Assembly (NCBI GenBank): GCA_049697055.1
Contig: JBAVVA010000087.1
Location: 1 to 53,220, forward strand
Origin: Candidatus Aminicenantales bacterium
GTDB taxonomy: Bacteria > Acidobacteriota > Aminicenantia > Aminicenantales > JAFGAV01
Reading direction: 5' to 3'
Length of the DNA: 53,220 nt
Position numbers and translations under genes: made by a program. This document shows, in pieces, positions 16,187 to 25,316 of the stretch (the stretch's first letter is position 1; each line of letters starts with the position of its first letter). Below the pieces are notes generated by a model, which saw only the letters and a list, made by a program, of their open reading frames with translations, ran no database searches and was not told the DNA's origin.

Positions 16187-17272
16187 ATGCTATCACTAAG
16201 CAAAAGCAAAAGCGTAGTGGCCCTGGACATCGGCTCCTATGCCATCAAGGTCATTGAGCTGCAGGCCAAGAAAAAAGCCGATGACTACCGCTATGAAGTT
16301 TTTCGGGCCGGCTTTGAGACTTTACCCCGGGATGCCATTGTCGAGGGGACGATCATCGACACCACCGCCGTCACCGACACCCTGAAAAGGATTTTCGAGA
16401 CCAACAAGATCTCCAACAAAAACGTCATCATCTCTTTGTCGGGCAACTCGGTCATCATCAAGAAGATCGCCCTGCCCCAGATGAAGAGCGAGGAGTTGGC
16501 CGAATCCATCCTCTGGGAGGCCAAGCACAACATCCCCTACCCCGTCGAGGAAACAAGCGTGGACTACGCCATCCTCAACGCCTCCCCCGATTCGCCCGAG
16601 GCCAACCTGGACATCCTGCTGGTGGCGGTCAAGAGAGAGAAGATCACCGCCTACAGCAGCGTTGTCTATCAGGCCCACAAAAACCTGGTGGCCGTCGAGG
16701 TGGACGGCTTCGGCCTGATCAACAGCTTCGAGGTCAACTATCCCGAGCTGTTCCGGGAGAAATCGGTGGCCCTGGTCAACCTGGGGGCCCACGTCACCAA
16801 CATCGTGGTCGTGGAACGGGGCCTGCCCCAGCTCTTCCGGGACATATCCCTGGGCGGGTTCTTCATCACGGAGAACATGAGCAAAGAGCTGGAGCTCAGT
16901 TTCGAGGAAGCGGAAAAACTCCTGCGCGGGGCTTCCTCGGCCCAAGTCAACATGGAACAGTTCAACGACATCCTGGACCGGAACATCAACGATATGCTGA
17001 CCGAGATTGAGAGAAACCTGTCTTTTTACACTGCCGAGAACAAGCGGGAGAAAAAGATCGATGTCATCCTTCTCAGCGGGGGCCTGGCCAGCCTGAAGAG
17101 GATGACCGGGGCCTTTGAGCGGACTTTCCAGATTCCCACTCGGCTCCTCGATCCCTTCCGCCACATTCATTACAGCGAGAGCCGGCTGAACCCGGTCTAC
17201 TACCAAAAAATACCCCTTCTCTTCGCCGTGGCCACCGGCCTCGCCACTCGAAGCATGGATCAAAAGAAATGA
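16187..17272 (+). CDS. pilM: Type IV pilus assembly ATPase-fold protein PilM
   Basis: Actin-like fold signature VVALDIGSYAIKVIEL. First gene of the pilMNOPQ order. Confidence 0.9.
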   Translation: MLSLSKSKSVVALDIGSYAIKVIELQAKKKADDYRYEVFRAGFETLPRDAIVEGTIIDTTAVTDTLKRIFETNKISNKNVIISLSGNSVIIKKIALPQMKSEELAESILWEAKHNIPYPVEETSVDYAILNASPDSPEANLDILLVAVKREKITAYSSVVYQAHKNLVAVEVDGFGLINSFEVNYPELFREKSVALVNLGAHVTNIVVVERGLPQLFRDISLGGFFITENMSKELELSFEEAEKLLRGASSAQVNMEQFNDILDRNINDMLTEIERNLSFYTAENKREKKIDVILLSGGLASLKRMTGAFERTFQIPTRLLDPFRHIHYSESRLNPVYYQKIPLLFAVATGLATRSMDQKK

Positions 17273-17919
17273 TACGCATCAACCTTTTCAAGCCCGAAAG
17301 AAAGGACATTCCTCTCCCCAGCCTGGCGGCCGAAGGGCCGAGCCGGGAGCCGGCCGAGGAGACCCCCCGCAAGTCGTCCACGCCCTCCTTGGTCCTGCTC
17401 CTGACGGTGGTGGCCATCGCCGCGGCAACCCTGACCCTGTCGCGGTCCATGGGCCGCGAGCAGCGGCTTCTCCGCTTGGCCGAGGAGGACAAGCGCCGGC
17501 TGACCAATGTGCTGACCAAGCTGGAGCAGCTGGAGTTACAGAAATCGATAGTGGAGAAGAAGATCAGCCTCATCAACCTGCTCAAGTCCCAGCGGGAGAT
17601 CGCCGTCCGGATCATGGACGAGCTGAGCAAGAACCTGCCGGATTGGGTCTGGCTGAATGAGGTGTCCTATGAAAACCAACTCCTCAGGATCAAGGGCCGG
17701 GCCATGTCCAACACTCAGATCGCCGAATACATCTCCAAGTTGGAGAATACCGAGGCGCTGAGCCAGGTCAACGTGATCGAGATCACGCAAAGGACCCAAC
17801 GGAACGAACAGTTCCTAGAGTTCATCCTCAGCGCGGCTTACGGCTCCGGGCCGCCTCCGCCTCCGCCGCCGGCCGCCACCGGAAAACGGCCGGCCCCCGT
17901 TAAGCAGAGGACGACATGA
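17269..17919 (+). CDS. pilN: Type IV pilus assembly protein PilN
   Basis: MIRINLF N-terminus, one TM segment and a coiled coil. ATGA coupling to pilM. Pro-rich tail. Confidence 0.8.
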   Translation: MIRINLFKPERKDIPLPSLAAEGPSREPAEETPRKSSTPSLVLLLTVVAIAAATLTLSRSMGREQRLLRLAEEDKRRLTNVLTKLEQLELQKSIVEKKISLINLLKSQREIAVRIMDELSKNLPDWVWLNEVSYENQLLRIKGRAMSNTQIAEYISKLENTEALSQVNVIEITQRTQRNEQFLEFILSAAYGSGPPPPPPPAATGKRPAPVKQRTT

Positions 17920-18548
17920 AACAGCAAAACCTGGTCACGTACATCGCCATCTCGGTTATTCTGGCCGGACTCTTTTTCTTCGCTTATTACAGGCCGCGCA
18001 GCTCCGAACTCGGGATACTCAAGAACAAGCGGACGGCGGCCGAGGCCGAAGTGACCAAGCTTCGGCAGAAGAAAAAGGAAATGGATAAGATCGAGAATCA
18101 GCTGCAATCGCTCCAAGCCGACCTGAAAGGACTGCAGGCCATCATCCCCGACAAGCGGGAGATCAGCGACATCCTCAGCCAATTCCAGCAGCTGGCCTTC
18201 AATTGCCGTTTGAATATCACCAAGTTCACCCCCAAGGGAGAGACGCCCCGGGAATTCTACGCCGAGTGGCCCATTCCCATCGAGATCACGGGCAACTACA
18301 ACAACCTGGGGATTTTCTTCGACCGCCTGAGCCGCTTCTCCCGCCTGTTCACCATCGATCGTTTCACCCTTAAAACCTTAACCAAGCAGACCGAGGCGGC
18401 CACTCTTTCCGCCAGCTTCACTTCTAAGACCTACATTTTCCTGGAGAATCCTCCTCTGCCGGTCAAAACGCCAGATAAAAAGGCCGGCCCCAAAGTTGCC
18501 ACCCCCGCCAAAAAGGGCAGAAGGGGGGAGTTGGAGGATCTAAAATGA
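17916..18548 (+). CDS. pilO: Type IV pilus assembly protein PilO
   Basis: N-terminal TM segment, coiled coil and ferredoxin-like C-terminal half. Position between pilN and pilP. ATGA coupling. Confidence 0.75.
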   Translation: MKQQNLVTYIAISVILAGLFFFAYYRPRSSELGILKNKRTAAEAEVTKLRQKKKEMDKIENQLQSLQADLKGLQAIIPDKREISDILSQFQQLAFNCRLNITKFTPKGETPREFYAEWPIPIEITGNYNNLGIFFDRLSRFSRLFTIDRFTLKTLTKQTEAATLSASFTSKTYIFLENPPLPVKTPDKKAGPKVATPAKKGRRGELEDLK

Positions 18549-19048
18549 AACGAACCTATGCGGCTGTCATTCTGACTCTGTTTCTGGCGGGGGGCCTGCC
18601 CTGCCTGATCGGGCAAGAGCAAGCCAAGGGCCAAGAGCAAGCCAAGAGCCAGGAGCAGGCCAAGAGCCAGGAGGGCGAAAACCAGCCCAAATATGAGCCC
18701 GACCTGACCCAGCCTTCTCTCTACACCTCTATCAATAAGCGCGACCCGTTCAAGGATTTGATGGGAGGGACGGAGACGACGGAGAAGCCCGGCCCGGGCC
18801 AGGGGCCCCAATTGACCATCGATGACCTGTTCCTCATCGCCATTGTCAAGGAAAAAGGGAAGCTCCAGGCTCTGGTCAACACCGGGCCCCAGGGATTCCC
18901 CCACAAGATCCAGGCGGGCGACAAATTCGCTGACGGCTATGTCCTCTCCATCTCCGAGTCCAGCGTGACCTTCCGTAGGATTTCGGATAAAGGCGTCCGC
19001 TTGCCCAAGCCCAGGGACGTCGTCAAGGAAATCTCCCAGGAGGAGTAA
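18545..19048 (+). CDS. pilP: PilP-like pilus assembly protein with a QEQAK(G/S) repeat linker
   Basis: Signal sequence, a low-complexity linker, then a C-terminal beta domain (LFLIAIVKEKGKLQALV...GYVLSISESSVTF). Position upstream of pilQ. Confidence 0.6.
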   Translation: MKRTYAAVILTLFLAGGLPCLIGQEQAKGQEQAKSQEQAKSQEGENQPKYEPDLTQPSLYTSINKRDPFKDLMGGTETTEKPGPGQGPQLTIDDLFLIAIVKEKGKLQALVNTGPQGFPHKIQAGDKFADGYVLSISESSVTFRRISDKGVRLPKPRDVVKEISQEE

Positions 19049-19052
19049 TAAG

Positions 19053-21392
19053 ATGGAAAGAAAAAGGATGTACCAGGCGGCCCCATTGGTCTGTCTTCTT
19101 CTCTTCCTGGCGGGCTATGCCCAGAACACAGGAGCTCCGGTCCAAATACAAAAGGTCATCGTCCAGGCCTCCCCGATCAACCCCAAGGTCATTCTCCAGT
19201 CGGATGGGACCCTCTCCGTTTCCAAGGCGGCCTATGCCGCCGACCTGCCGCGGACTCTGGTCCTGGACCTGAATAACGCCCGAGTGGAACCCAACTTGAC
19301 CGTCTCCACCGAAGGAGAATCTTTCTTCGAGGAGATCAAGCTGGTGCCCAACGGCGAAGGCCCGCTGCGCCTCTATTTGAGCTTGAAGGAGCAAGCCTTC
19401 TTCCGCGTCACCACCGCGCCGGGACAGACGGTCCTGGAGTTGAACAGGGTCCTGGACCCGCAGACTCAGGACGTGCTGGACCAAGGATTCCGTCAGGAGC
19501 TGGCCTCCCGGACTATCACCACCTCCACCCTGAAGACGGTTAACGTCTCCCGGGAGAACGGGAACGTACAGGTCCGGGCGGCGCTGCAGGGCCGCATCCC
19601 CTACTACGTTTTTTCCATGAGCAACCCTCTGCGCCTCGTGGTGGACCTGTTCGACACCCTCTACAATAGAGCCACGGCAACCTACGCCGTCGGCACGGCC
19701 GGGGTCAGCCAGCTCAAAGTCGGCCAGTATCAAGTGCAGAACCCCTACACCATCACCCGGCTTGTCTTTGATATGAATGAGCCGGGGCCCTACGGTGTCG
19801 AAGCCGGCGACCAGATGCTGACCATTACTTTCTTCGGCGCCCCTACTTCGTTCCAGGCCGGGTTGATCGAAAAGGCCAAGCCCGCCGCCGAGCCTTCCGC
19901 CGCGGGGGCTCAACCCGCCCCGGCTGAGACTGCGGCTGCGGCCAAGACAAAAGAACCGGCGGCCGCCAAACAGGAAAAAGCGGAGAAACCCGCAGAGAAA
20001 CCCGCGGAGAAGCCCGCCGAAAAACCTGCGGAGAAACCCGGTCCGGAATCGGCCGCCCAGTCCGCGGGCGGCATCCAGGGCCGGTTCGGCGCCAAAACCA
20101 TCAGCCGGGGCGTATTGCCCTACAACGGCGAAGTGCTAAGCGTCAAGGTCAAGGACCAGGATCTGCGGGACATCATCCTGTACCTGGGTGAGTTCGCCGG
20201 CCTGAACGTCATCTTCGATCCTGAAGTCCGGGGCAAGGTCACCTGCAACTTCGAGTATGTGCCCTGGGACCAGATCCTGGATGCTATCCTCCGCACCAAC
20301 AAGATGGGCAAGGTCCTGGAAGGCAACGTCCTCCGTATCGCCCCCATGAACGTCCTGACCCGGGAAAGCGAGGACGAGCAAAAACTGCAGGAGAGTCAGG
20401 AGTTGAGCGGCCCCTTGTTGACCAAGACTTTCCCCCTGTCCTATTCCAAGGCCGCCGACGTGGAAAAACTCCTGGAGCAGAAGAAGTCCAGCCGCGGCAG
20501 GATCGACATGGATGACCGGACGAATACCCTGATCATCACCGATGTGCGGGACCGCATGGACCTCCTGGAAAAACTCATAACCCTTCTGGACACCCCCACC
20601 CCGCAAGTTTCCATCGAAGCCCGCATCGTGGAAGCCACCTCGAACTTCGTCAGGAACCTGGGCTTCCAGTGGGGCTTCCTGGGCCAAGCGGACCCCTTCT
20701 ACGGCAACCAGACCCAGCTCGAATTTCCGAATAAAGCCCGGCTGGACGGCGCCCTGATCCCTCAAGGAACAGCGACCAAGGGTCTGGGCGGTCCGCTGGG
20801 CGGCTATGCCATTAACCTGCCCTCTCCCTCTTTTACCACGGCGCTAGGCCTGTCGCTGGCCAACGTCCTGGACACCTTCCGCTTGGACGCCACCCTGACG
20901 GCCATGGAGACCGAGGGCCAGGGCCGCATCATCTCCTGCCCCAAAGTGACCGCCCAGAACAACAAAGAGGCCGAAATCATCCAGGGCCGGCAGATCCCCA
21001 TCCAGACCACGGCCAATTTCACGGTGACCACCCGTTTTGTCAACGCGGCCCTGGAGCTGCGGGCCACCCCCCAGATCACGGCCGAGGGAACGATCATCAT
21101 GACCCTGGACATCCAAAACAACGCCGCCGACTTTTCCAACCAGGTCAACGGCATCCCCTCCCTCACCACCCAGCGGGCTTCCACCACGGTCATGGTCCCT
21201 GACGGAGGCACAACGGTCATCGGCGGCATCTACCGGACTGAAGAATCCCAGAACGAGGAACGGGTGCCTTTCCTGAGCAAGATCCCCATCCTGGGGAACC
21301 TGTTTAAATCCAGATCCCGGACCCGGCAGAACAGGGAGCTTTTGATCTTCATCACGCCCCGGATCATCCGGCAAGGAGGAGTCCAGCCATGA
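19053..21392 (+). CDS. pilQ: Type IV pilus secretin PilQ with AMIN-like N-terminal domains
   Basis: 779 aa. Secretin C-terminus (VPFLSKIPILGNLFKS...LLIFITPRII). (AEKP)x5 linker. Confidence 0.9.
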   Translation: MERKRMYQAAPLVCLLLFLAGYAQNTGAPVQIQKVIVQASPINPKVILQSDGTLSVSKAAYAADLPRTLVLDLNNARVEPNLTVSTEGESFFEEIKLVPNGEGPLRLYLSLKEQAFFRVTTAPGQTVLELNRVLDPQTQDVLDQGFRQELASRTITTSTLKTVNVSRENGNVQVRAALQGRIPYYVFSMSNPLRLVVDLFDTLYNRATATYAVGTAGVSQLKVGQYQVQNPYTITRLVFDMNEPGPYGVEAGDQMLTITFFGAPTSFQAGLIEKAKPAAEPSAAGAQPAPAETAAAAKTKEPAAAKQEKAEKPAEKPAEKPAEKPAEKPGPESAAQSAGGIQGRFGAKTISRGVLPYNGEVLSVKVKDQDLRDIILYLGEFAGLNVIFDPEVRGKVTCNFEYVPWDQILDAILRTNKMGKVLEGNVLRIAPMNVLTRESEDEQKLQESQELSGPLLTKTFPLSYSKAADVEKLLEQKKSSRGRIDMDDRTNTLIITDVRDRMDLLEKLITLLDTPTPQVSIEARIVEATSNFVRNLGFQWGFLGQADPFYGNQTQLEFPNKARLDGALIPQGTATKGLGGPLGGYAINLPSPSFTTALGLSLANVLDTFRLDATLTAMETEGQGRIISCPKVTAQNNKEAEIIQGRQIPIQTTANFTVTTRFVNAALELRATPQITAEGTIIMTLDIQNNAADFSNQVNGIPSLTTQRASTTVMVPDGGTTVIGGIYRTEESQNEERVPFLSKIPILGNLFKSRSRTRQNRELLIFITPRIIRQGGVQP

Positions 21393-21985
21393 AAATCGCA
21401 GGATTGATCCTTAAAGCCTCTCTCATCCTAGCAGCGGCTTTCCTGCTGCTGTCCTGCAACGCCCTGGAGAAGAATACACAATCCGCCAGCATGCTGGTCA
21501 TCAATAGCCTCAGGGGCACGAACCTGAAAGGGGAAGCCGCCGATTATCTCCAGTCCGATGTGTTGATAGAGGACGCCACCACGGGCGCGCAAACCATTAC
21601 GGCCGACTCGGCCATCGTCAATGTGACCGCGACATTGCTCGAGCCCACTCCTTCTCTGCCCACCTCGGTTTACAATGACATCCAGCTCGAGCGCTATGTG
21701 GTCACTTTCTCGCAGCCCAACGGTAACAAGGTAGAAGGCCGGGACGTGCCCTATTCCTTTGAGGGCCGCCTGTCGGCCCTGGTCAAGGTGGGCACCGACC
21801 TCGATGTGGGTTTCATCATTGTCCGCGAAGTGGCCAAGATTGAGCCGCCGCTCATCGATCTCCGCGACTACTCCGACATCCTGCAGGTGACGGCCAAGAT
21901 CGACTTCTACGGCAAGGACATAGCCGGCAAATCCGTCAAGGCCACGGGCTACTTGACCATCTTCTTCGCCAACTACGCCAACTGA
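21389..21985 (+). CDS. Lipoprotein of unknown function, translationally coupled to pilQ
   Basis: 198 aa. Lipobox LLLSC. ATGA overlap with the pilQ stop. The predicted protein has a beta-rich composition. Confidence 0.6.
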   Translation: MKIAGLILKASLILAAAFLLLSCNALEKNTQSASMLVINSLRGTNLKGEAADYLQSDVLIEDATTGAQTITADSAIVNVTATLLEPTPSLPTSVYNDIQLERYVVTFSQPNGNKVEGRDVPYSFEGRLSALVKVGTDLDVGFIIVREVAKIEPPLIDLRDYSDILQVTAKIDFYGKDIAGKSVKATGYLTIFFANYAN

Positions 21986-21999
21986 TAAGGAGGAAGCCG

Positions 22000-22455
22000 A
22001 TGTCTATCCCGCGTTCCGTCGTCATCTCCGTGGCGCTCTGCCTGCTCCTGGCTGTCGTTCCCGCCTGCAAGCGGTCGGCGGTCGAGGAGCCGAGCCCCTT
22101 CGGTCCCGCCTCCCTGTACCTGAGCTTCGAAGTGTTCGTTTCCCCCAACGTCATATTGACCTCCGACGTCCGCCAGACGGCCGAGGTCAGGGCCCTGGTC
22201 AAATTGGGCGGGGAGCCCTCCGCTAACCAGACGGTGTTTTTCACCATCATCAGCGGGCCGGGTGAGTTCGACAACTACACCCGCCGGACAGCCGTCGCCA
22301 CCAACGCCAACGGCTACGCCATCATCAACTATGTCAGCCCCACAAAATCTCAGATCAGCGGCGACGAATACGCGACCATTCAGGTGCAGCCCCAAACATC
22401 CTCGCCCTACTGGGCGTATAAATTGGTGGACATCATCCTGCTTAAAGGAGAATAG
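22000..22455 (+). CDS. Lipoprotein with a bacterial Ig-like (Big_1-like) domain
   Basis: 151 aa. Lipobox VVPAC. AGGAGG RBS. Contains VFFTIISGPGEF...TNANGYAIINYVSP. Confidence 0.6.
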   Translation: MSIPRSVVISVALCLLLAVVPACKRSAVEEPSPFGPASLYLSFEVFVSPNVILTSDVRQTAEVRALVKLGGEPSANQTVFFTIISGPGEFDNYTRRTAVATNANGYAIINYVSPTKSQISGDEYATIQVQPQTSSPYWAYKLVDIILLKGE

Positions 22456-22458
22456 GCT

Positions 22459-24612
22459 TCAGGGATAAAGGTGAACGGACCTGACCATCCGGGTCCGGGG
22501 CAGGCTCTCCTCCAGAACTCTCTCCAGGACACTCCTCTCGCTGGACCGCAACAGGACTTGAACGCGGTCGAAGCCCTTTAGCCGCGCAGCAGCGGCCCGG
22601 GCCGGCCCGAGGACTTCAACCGACCTCGACGCCGCGGCAACCCGCTTACAGAACAGCCGAGCTTGCAGGGCTAAGCCGCGGATTTCCTTTCCCTCCAACA
22701 GGATTTCGGCCAAGTGGGCAAAGGGCGGATAGTTCATGACCTTGCGGAACTCGATCTCGGACCGGTAGAACAGTTCATAGTCCCCCGCGGCGGCGGCCGC
22801 CACGGCATGGTGTTCGGGCAGGGCTGTCTGGATGAGGACCCGGCCTGAAGCGCGGGAGGCCGTGTCCATCATCCGGCAAAGCGTGTGATAAGCTTTCTGG
22901 CCGGCGCGGTAGTCGGGCAGACCCAGCTGCAGCTCGGGAAAGAGCACGGCGGCCAAGGAAAGCTCGGAGCTCATCAGCCGGAAAGCCAGAAGTTGAGTCC
23001 CGACCAGCAGGTCGATCTGACCTCGGCGAAATTTCTCCAGGACTTTCTTTTGAGCGGTCAGGCTGGGCACGACATCCGAATCGAAGACGGCCATCCTCAT
23101 CCGGGGAAAAAGGCGCCGCAGCTCTTCCGCCGCCGCCTCGACGCCCAGCTGGCGTCCGAGCCGGAGTGGGCCGCCGCAGGAGGGGCAAGCCCGCCAGGCC
23201 GGAAAACTCGCCGAGCAATAGCGGCAGACCAGGGTGTTTTTCTGTTTAGAGTAAGCCAGGGCGATATCGCAGCGCCGGCAGCGCGGGACATGGCCGCAGC
23301 GGAAGCAGATCAGCGAAGCGGCATACCCGCGGCGGTTGAGAAACACGGCCATTCGCTCCCCCCCGGCGGCTCCGGCCCGAAGGGCCTCGGCCAAATCCTT
23401 GGAGATGTAGGCCTTCTCCCGCCGGGCATCCACCACCAAGACCCGCCGGCCGGCTGGCTCCCGGCCCAAACGGATGAGCCGGCCGTCGGCTGAGGCCCGC
23501 TGGAAGCTTTCCACCGTGGGCCAGGATGAGCCGAAGACGACTGCCGCCCCCAAAGTCCGGCCGAGAAGACGGGCAGCCTGCCGCGCGTCATAGGACGGGC
23601 TTTCCGTTTGATAATAAGACTCATCCTGCTCCTCATCCAGGATGATGAGCCGCAAGCCGGGATGAGGCCCGAACAGGGCGGAACGCGGACCGACCACCAC
23701 TTCCGCCTGGCCGGACTTAATCCGGAGGTGTTCCCGTTCTTCCTGCGCTTGGGTCAACCGGCTGTGCAGGACGGCGGCTTTCCCCGGAAGCCGCTCCTCG
23801 ATTTTTCTCAGAAGGTCGCTGGAAAGCAAGATCTCCGGGACGAGAAAAAGCGTCCGGACAGGCCTGTCAGCCGAAGCCCGGATCAGGTGAAAATAGGCAG
23901 CCTCCCGGCTCTCCCGGCCGCCGAAAAGGTAAAACGGCGCGGACAGCACGCGGCCCGACCTCGGCCGAAGGGTAACAGCCTCCCTCAGCGCGGCCAGGCC
24001 GCTCGGGGCGGGGAAGTCCAAAACCAGCTGCCGCGGCCGCTCCGGCTTTCCTCGGGCTTTTCGTTTCTTCCCTTTCAGCCCGGGCCCGGGCAAGCTCTGG
24101 ATCAGCCCTTTGGCCTCCATCCGGGCTAAGATCGAGGCCGGGTTCTTCCCCAGCTTTCTCCGGAGATGGAGCGGACGATAGGACTTTCCGGCCAGCGCAG
24201 CGGCCAGCCTTCCCTCTTCCCCGCTCAACTTGCCCTCTCTCCAATCTGCTTCGCCCTTGGCCGTCAGCGAGATTCTGGCTCTGTCCCGGAGCAATAAGGA
24301 GGAGGGCAGGGACGAAGCCAAAAACGCGCCCCAGGATGACCGGTAATGCCGGCTGAGAAGATCGGTGAAGGCGAGAAAGCGGAGCGGAAAAATCGGCTCT
24401 TCGTCTAAAAGCGCCTTGATTTCCTTGAGCGGCGAGGGAGTCTCGGGGGGCCGGTCCCGGAGATGGACGATGAACCCCGTCAGGAGCCTTGGCCCCAGAG
24501 CGGCTGAAACCCGGCAGCCGAGGCGGGCCTTGGCGCCTAAGCTGTCGGGCAGAAGATAGGTGAACCGCTGGGGAAGGGGCAGGGGGAAGACCACTTCGGC
24601 ATAGCGGCTCAT
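22459..24612 (-). CDS. priA: Primosomal protein N' (PriA) homologue with degenerate ATPase motifs
   Basis: N-terminus YAEVVFPLPLPQRFTYLLP. LFLVPEI. A Cys-rich zinc region. The Walker A position reads GGRESREA and motif II reads DEEQ. Confidence 0.85.
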   Translation of the reverse strand: MSRYAEVVFPLPLPQRFTYLLPDSLGAKARLGCRVSAALGPRLLTGFIVHLRDRPPETPSPLKEIKALLDEEPIFPLRFLAFTDLLSRHYRSSWGAFLASSLPSSLLLRDRARISLTAKGEADWREGKLSGEEGRLAAALAGKSYRPLHLRRKLGKNPASILARMEAKGLIQSLPGPGLKGKKRKARGKPERPRQLVLDFPAPSGLAALREAVTLRPRSGRVLSAPFYLFGGRESREAAYFHLIRASADRPVRTLFLVPEILLSSDLLRKIEERLPGKAAVLHSRLTQAQEEREHLRIKSGQAEVVVGPRSALFGPHPGLRLIILDEEQDESYYQTESPSYDARQAARLLGRTLGAAVVFGSSWPTVESFQRASADGRLIRLGREPAGRRVLVVDARREKAYISKDLAEALRAGAAGGERMAVFLNRRGYAASLICFRCGHVPRCRRCDIALAYSKQKNTLVCRYCSASFPAWRACPSCGGPLRLGRQLGVEAAAEELRRLFPRMRMAVFDSDVVPSLTAQKKVLEKFRRGQIDLLVGTQLLAFRLMSSELSLAAVLFPELQLGLPDYRAGQKAYHTLCRMMDTASRASGRVLIQTALPEHHAVAAAAAGDYELFYRSEIEFRKVMNYPPFAHLAEILLEGKEIRGLALQARLFCKRVAAASRSVEVLGPARAAAARLKGFDRVQVLLRSSERSVLERVLEESLPRTRMVRSVHLYP

Positions 24613-25316
24613 TTCTTGCCCAGGAGGGCCATCACCTGCTTCACGTCCTCCCAGACTTGTTTCTTATATGATTTATTGCCCTCATTCCGCAGCAGGAAGG
24701 CGGGATGAAAAGTCGGCATGACGGGGATACCGTGGAAGTCGAGGAACCGGCCGCGGAGCAACCCCATGGGCAGAGCCTCGCCGGAAAAAAAGTTGGCCGC
24801 CGGCTTGCCCAGGGCGATGATGGCCTTGGGCCGGATAAGCTCGACCTGCCGCTGGAGATAGGGTGAGCAGGCTTGGACCTCATCCTGGTGGGGATCGCGG
24901 TTATTCGGCGGCCGGCACTTGAGGACGTTGGCGATGAAGACTTCCTCGCGTCGGAACTTCATGGCCTTAATGATGTCGTCGAGGAGATGGCCGGCCCGCC
25001 CGACGAAGGGGCGGCCCTGGATGTCTTCATCTTCGCCGGGCGCCTCGCCCACGAACATCAGCTCGGAGGCTGGGCTGCCTTCTCCGGGAACGGCCTGGCG
25101 GCGGAGCCTGGACAAGGAGCATTTGCGGCAGGCACGAACCTCCCGGTCGACCTCCTCCAGTTCCCCCTTGTTCCGGCCGGCGTCCAGGTGGGGCGGCGGC
25201 GAAGGTACGGCCGCCGGCCTCCCCCCTTCCTTCAAAATGAATTCGGCGCCCAGCTCCGCATAGAAACGGAAACGCTCCTCGGCCAGGCCGAGAAGGCTGT
25301 CATCTTTTCTGTCCAA
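24609..25316 (-). CDS. Family 4 uracil-DNA glycosylase
   Basis: Contains CRKCSL, FVGEAPGEDEDIQGRPFVGRAG and HPAFLLR. No in-frame ATG upstream of the domain. TTG 25316 has GAGG 6 nt upstream. The ORF stays open to 25538 but overlaps coaBC there. Confidence 0.8.
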   Translation of the reverse strand: MDRKDDSLLGLAEERFRFYAELGAEFILKEGGRPAAVPSPPPHLDAGRNKGELEEVDREVRACRKCSLSRLRRQAVPGEGSPASELMFVGEAPGEDEDIQGRPFVGRAGHLLDDIIKAMKFRREEVFIANVLKCRPPNNRDPHQDEVQACSPYLQRQVELIRPKAIIALGKPAANFFSGEALPMGLLRGRFLDFHGIPVMPTFHPAFLLRNEGNKSYKKQVWEDVKQVMALLGKK

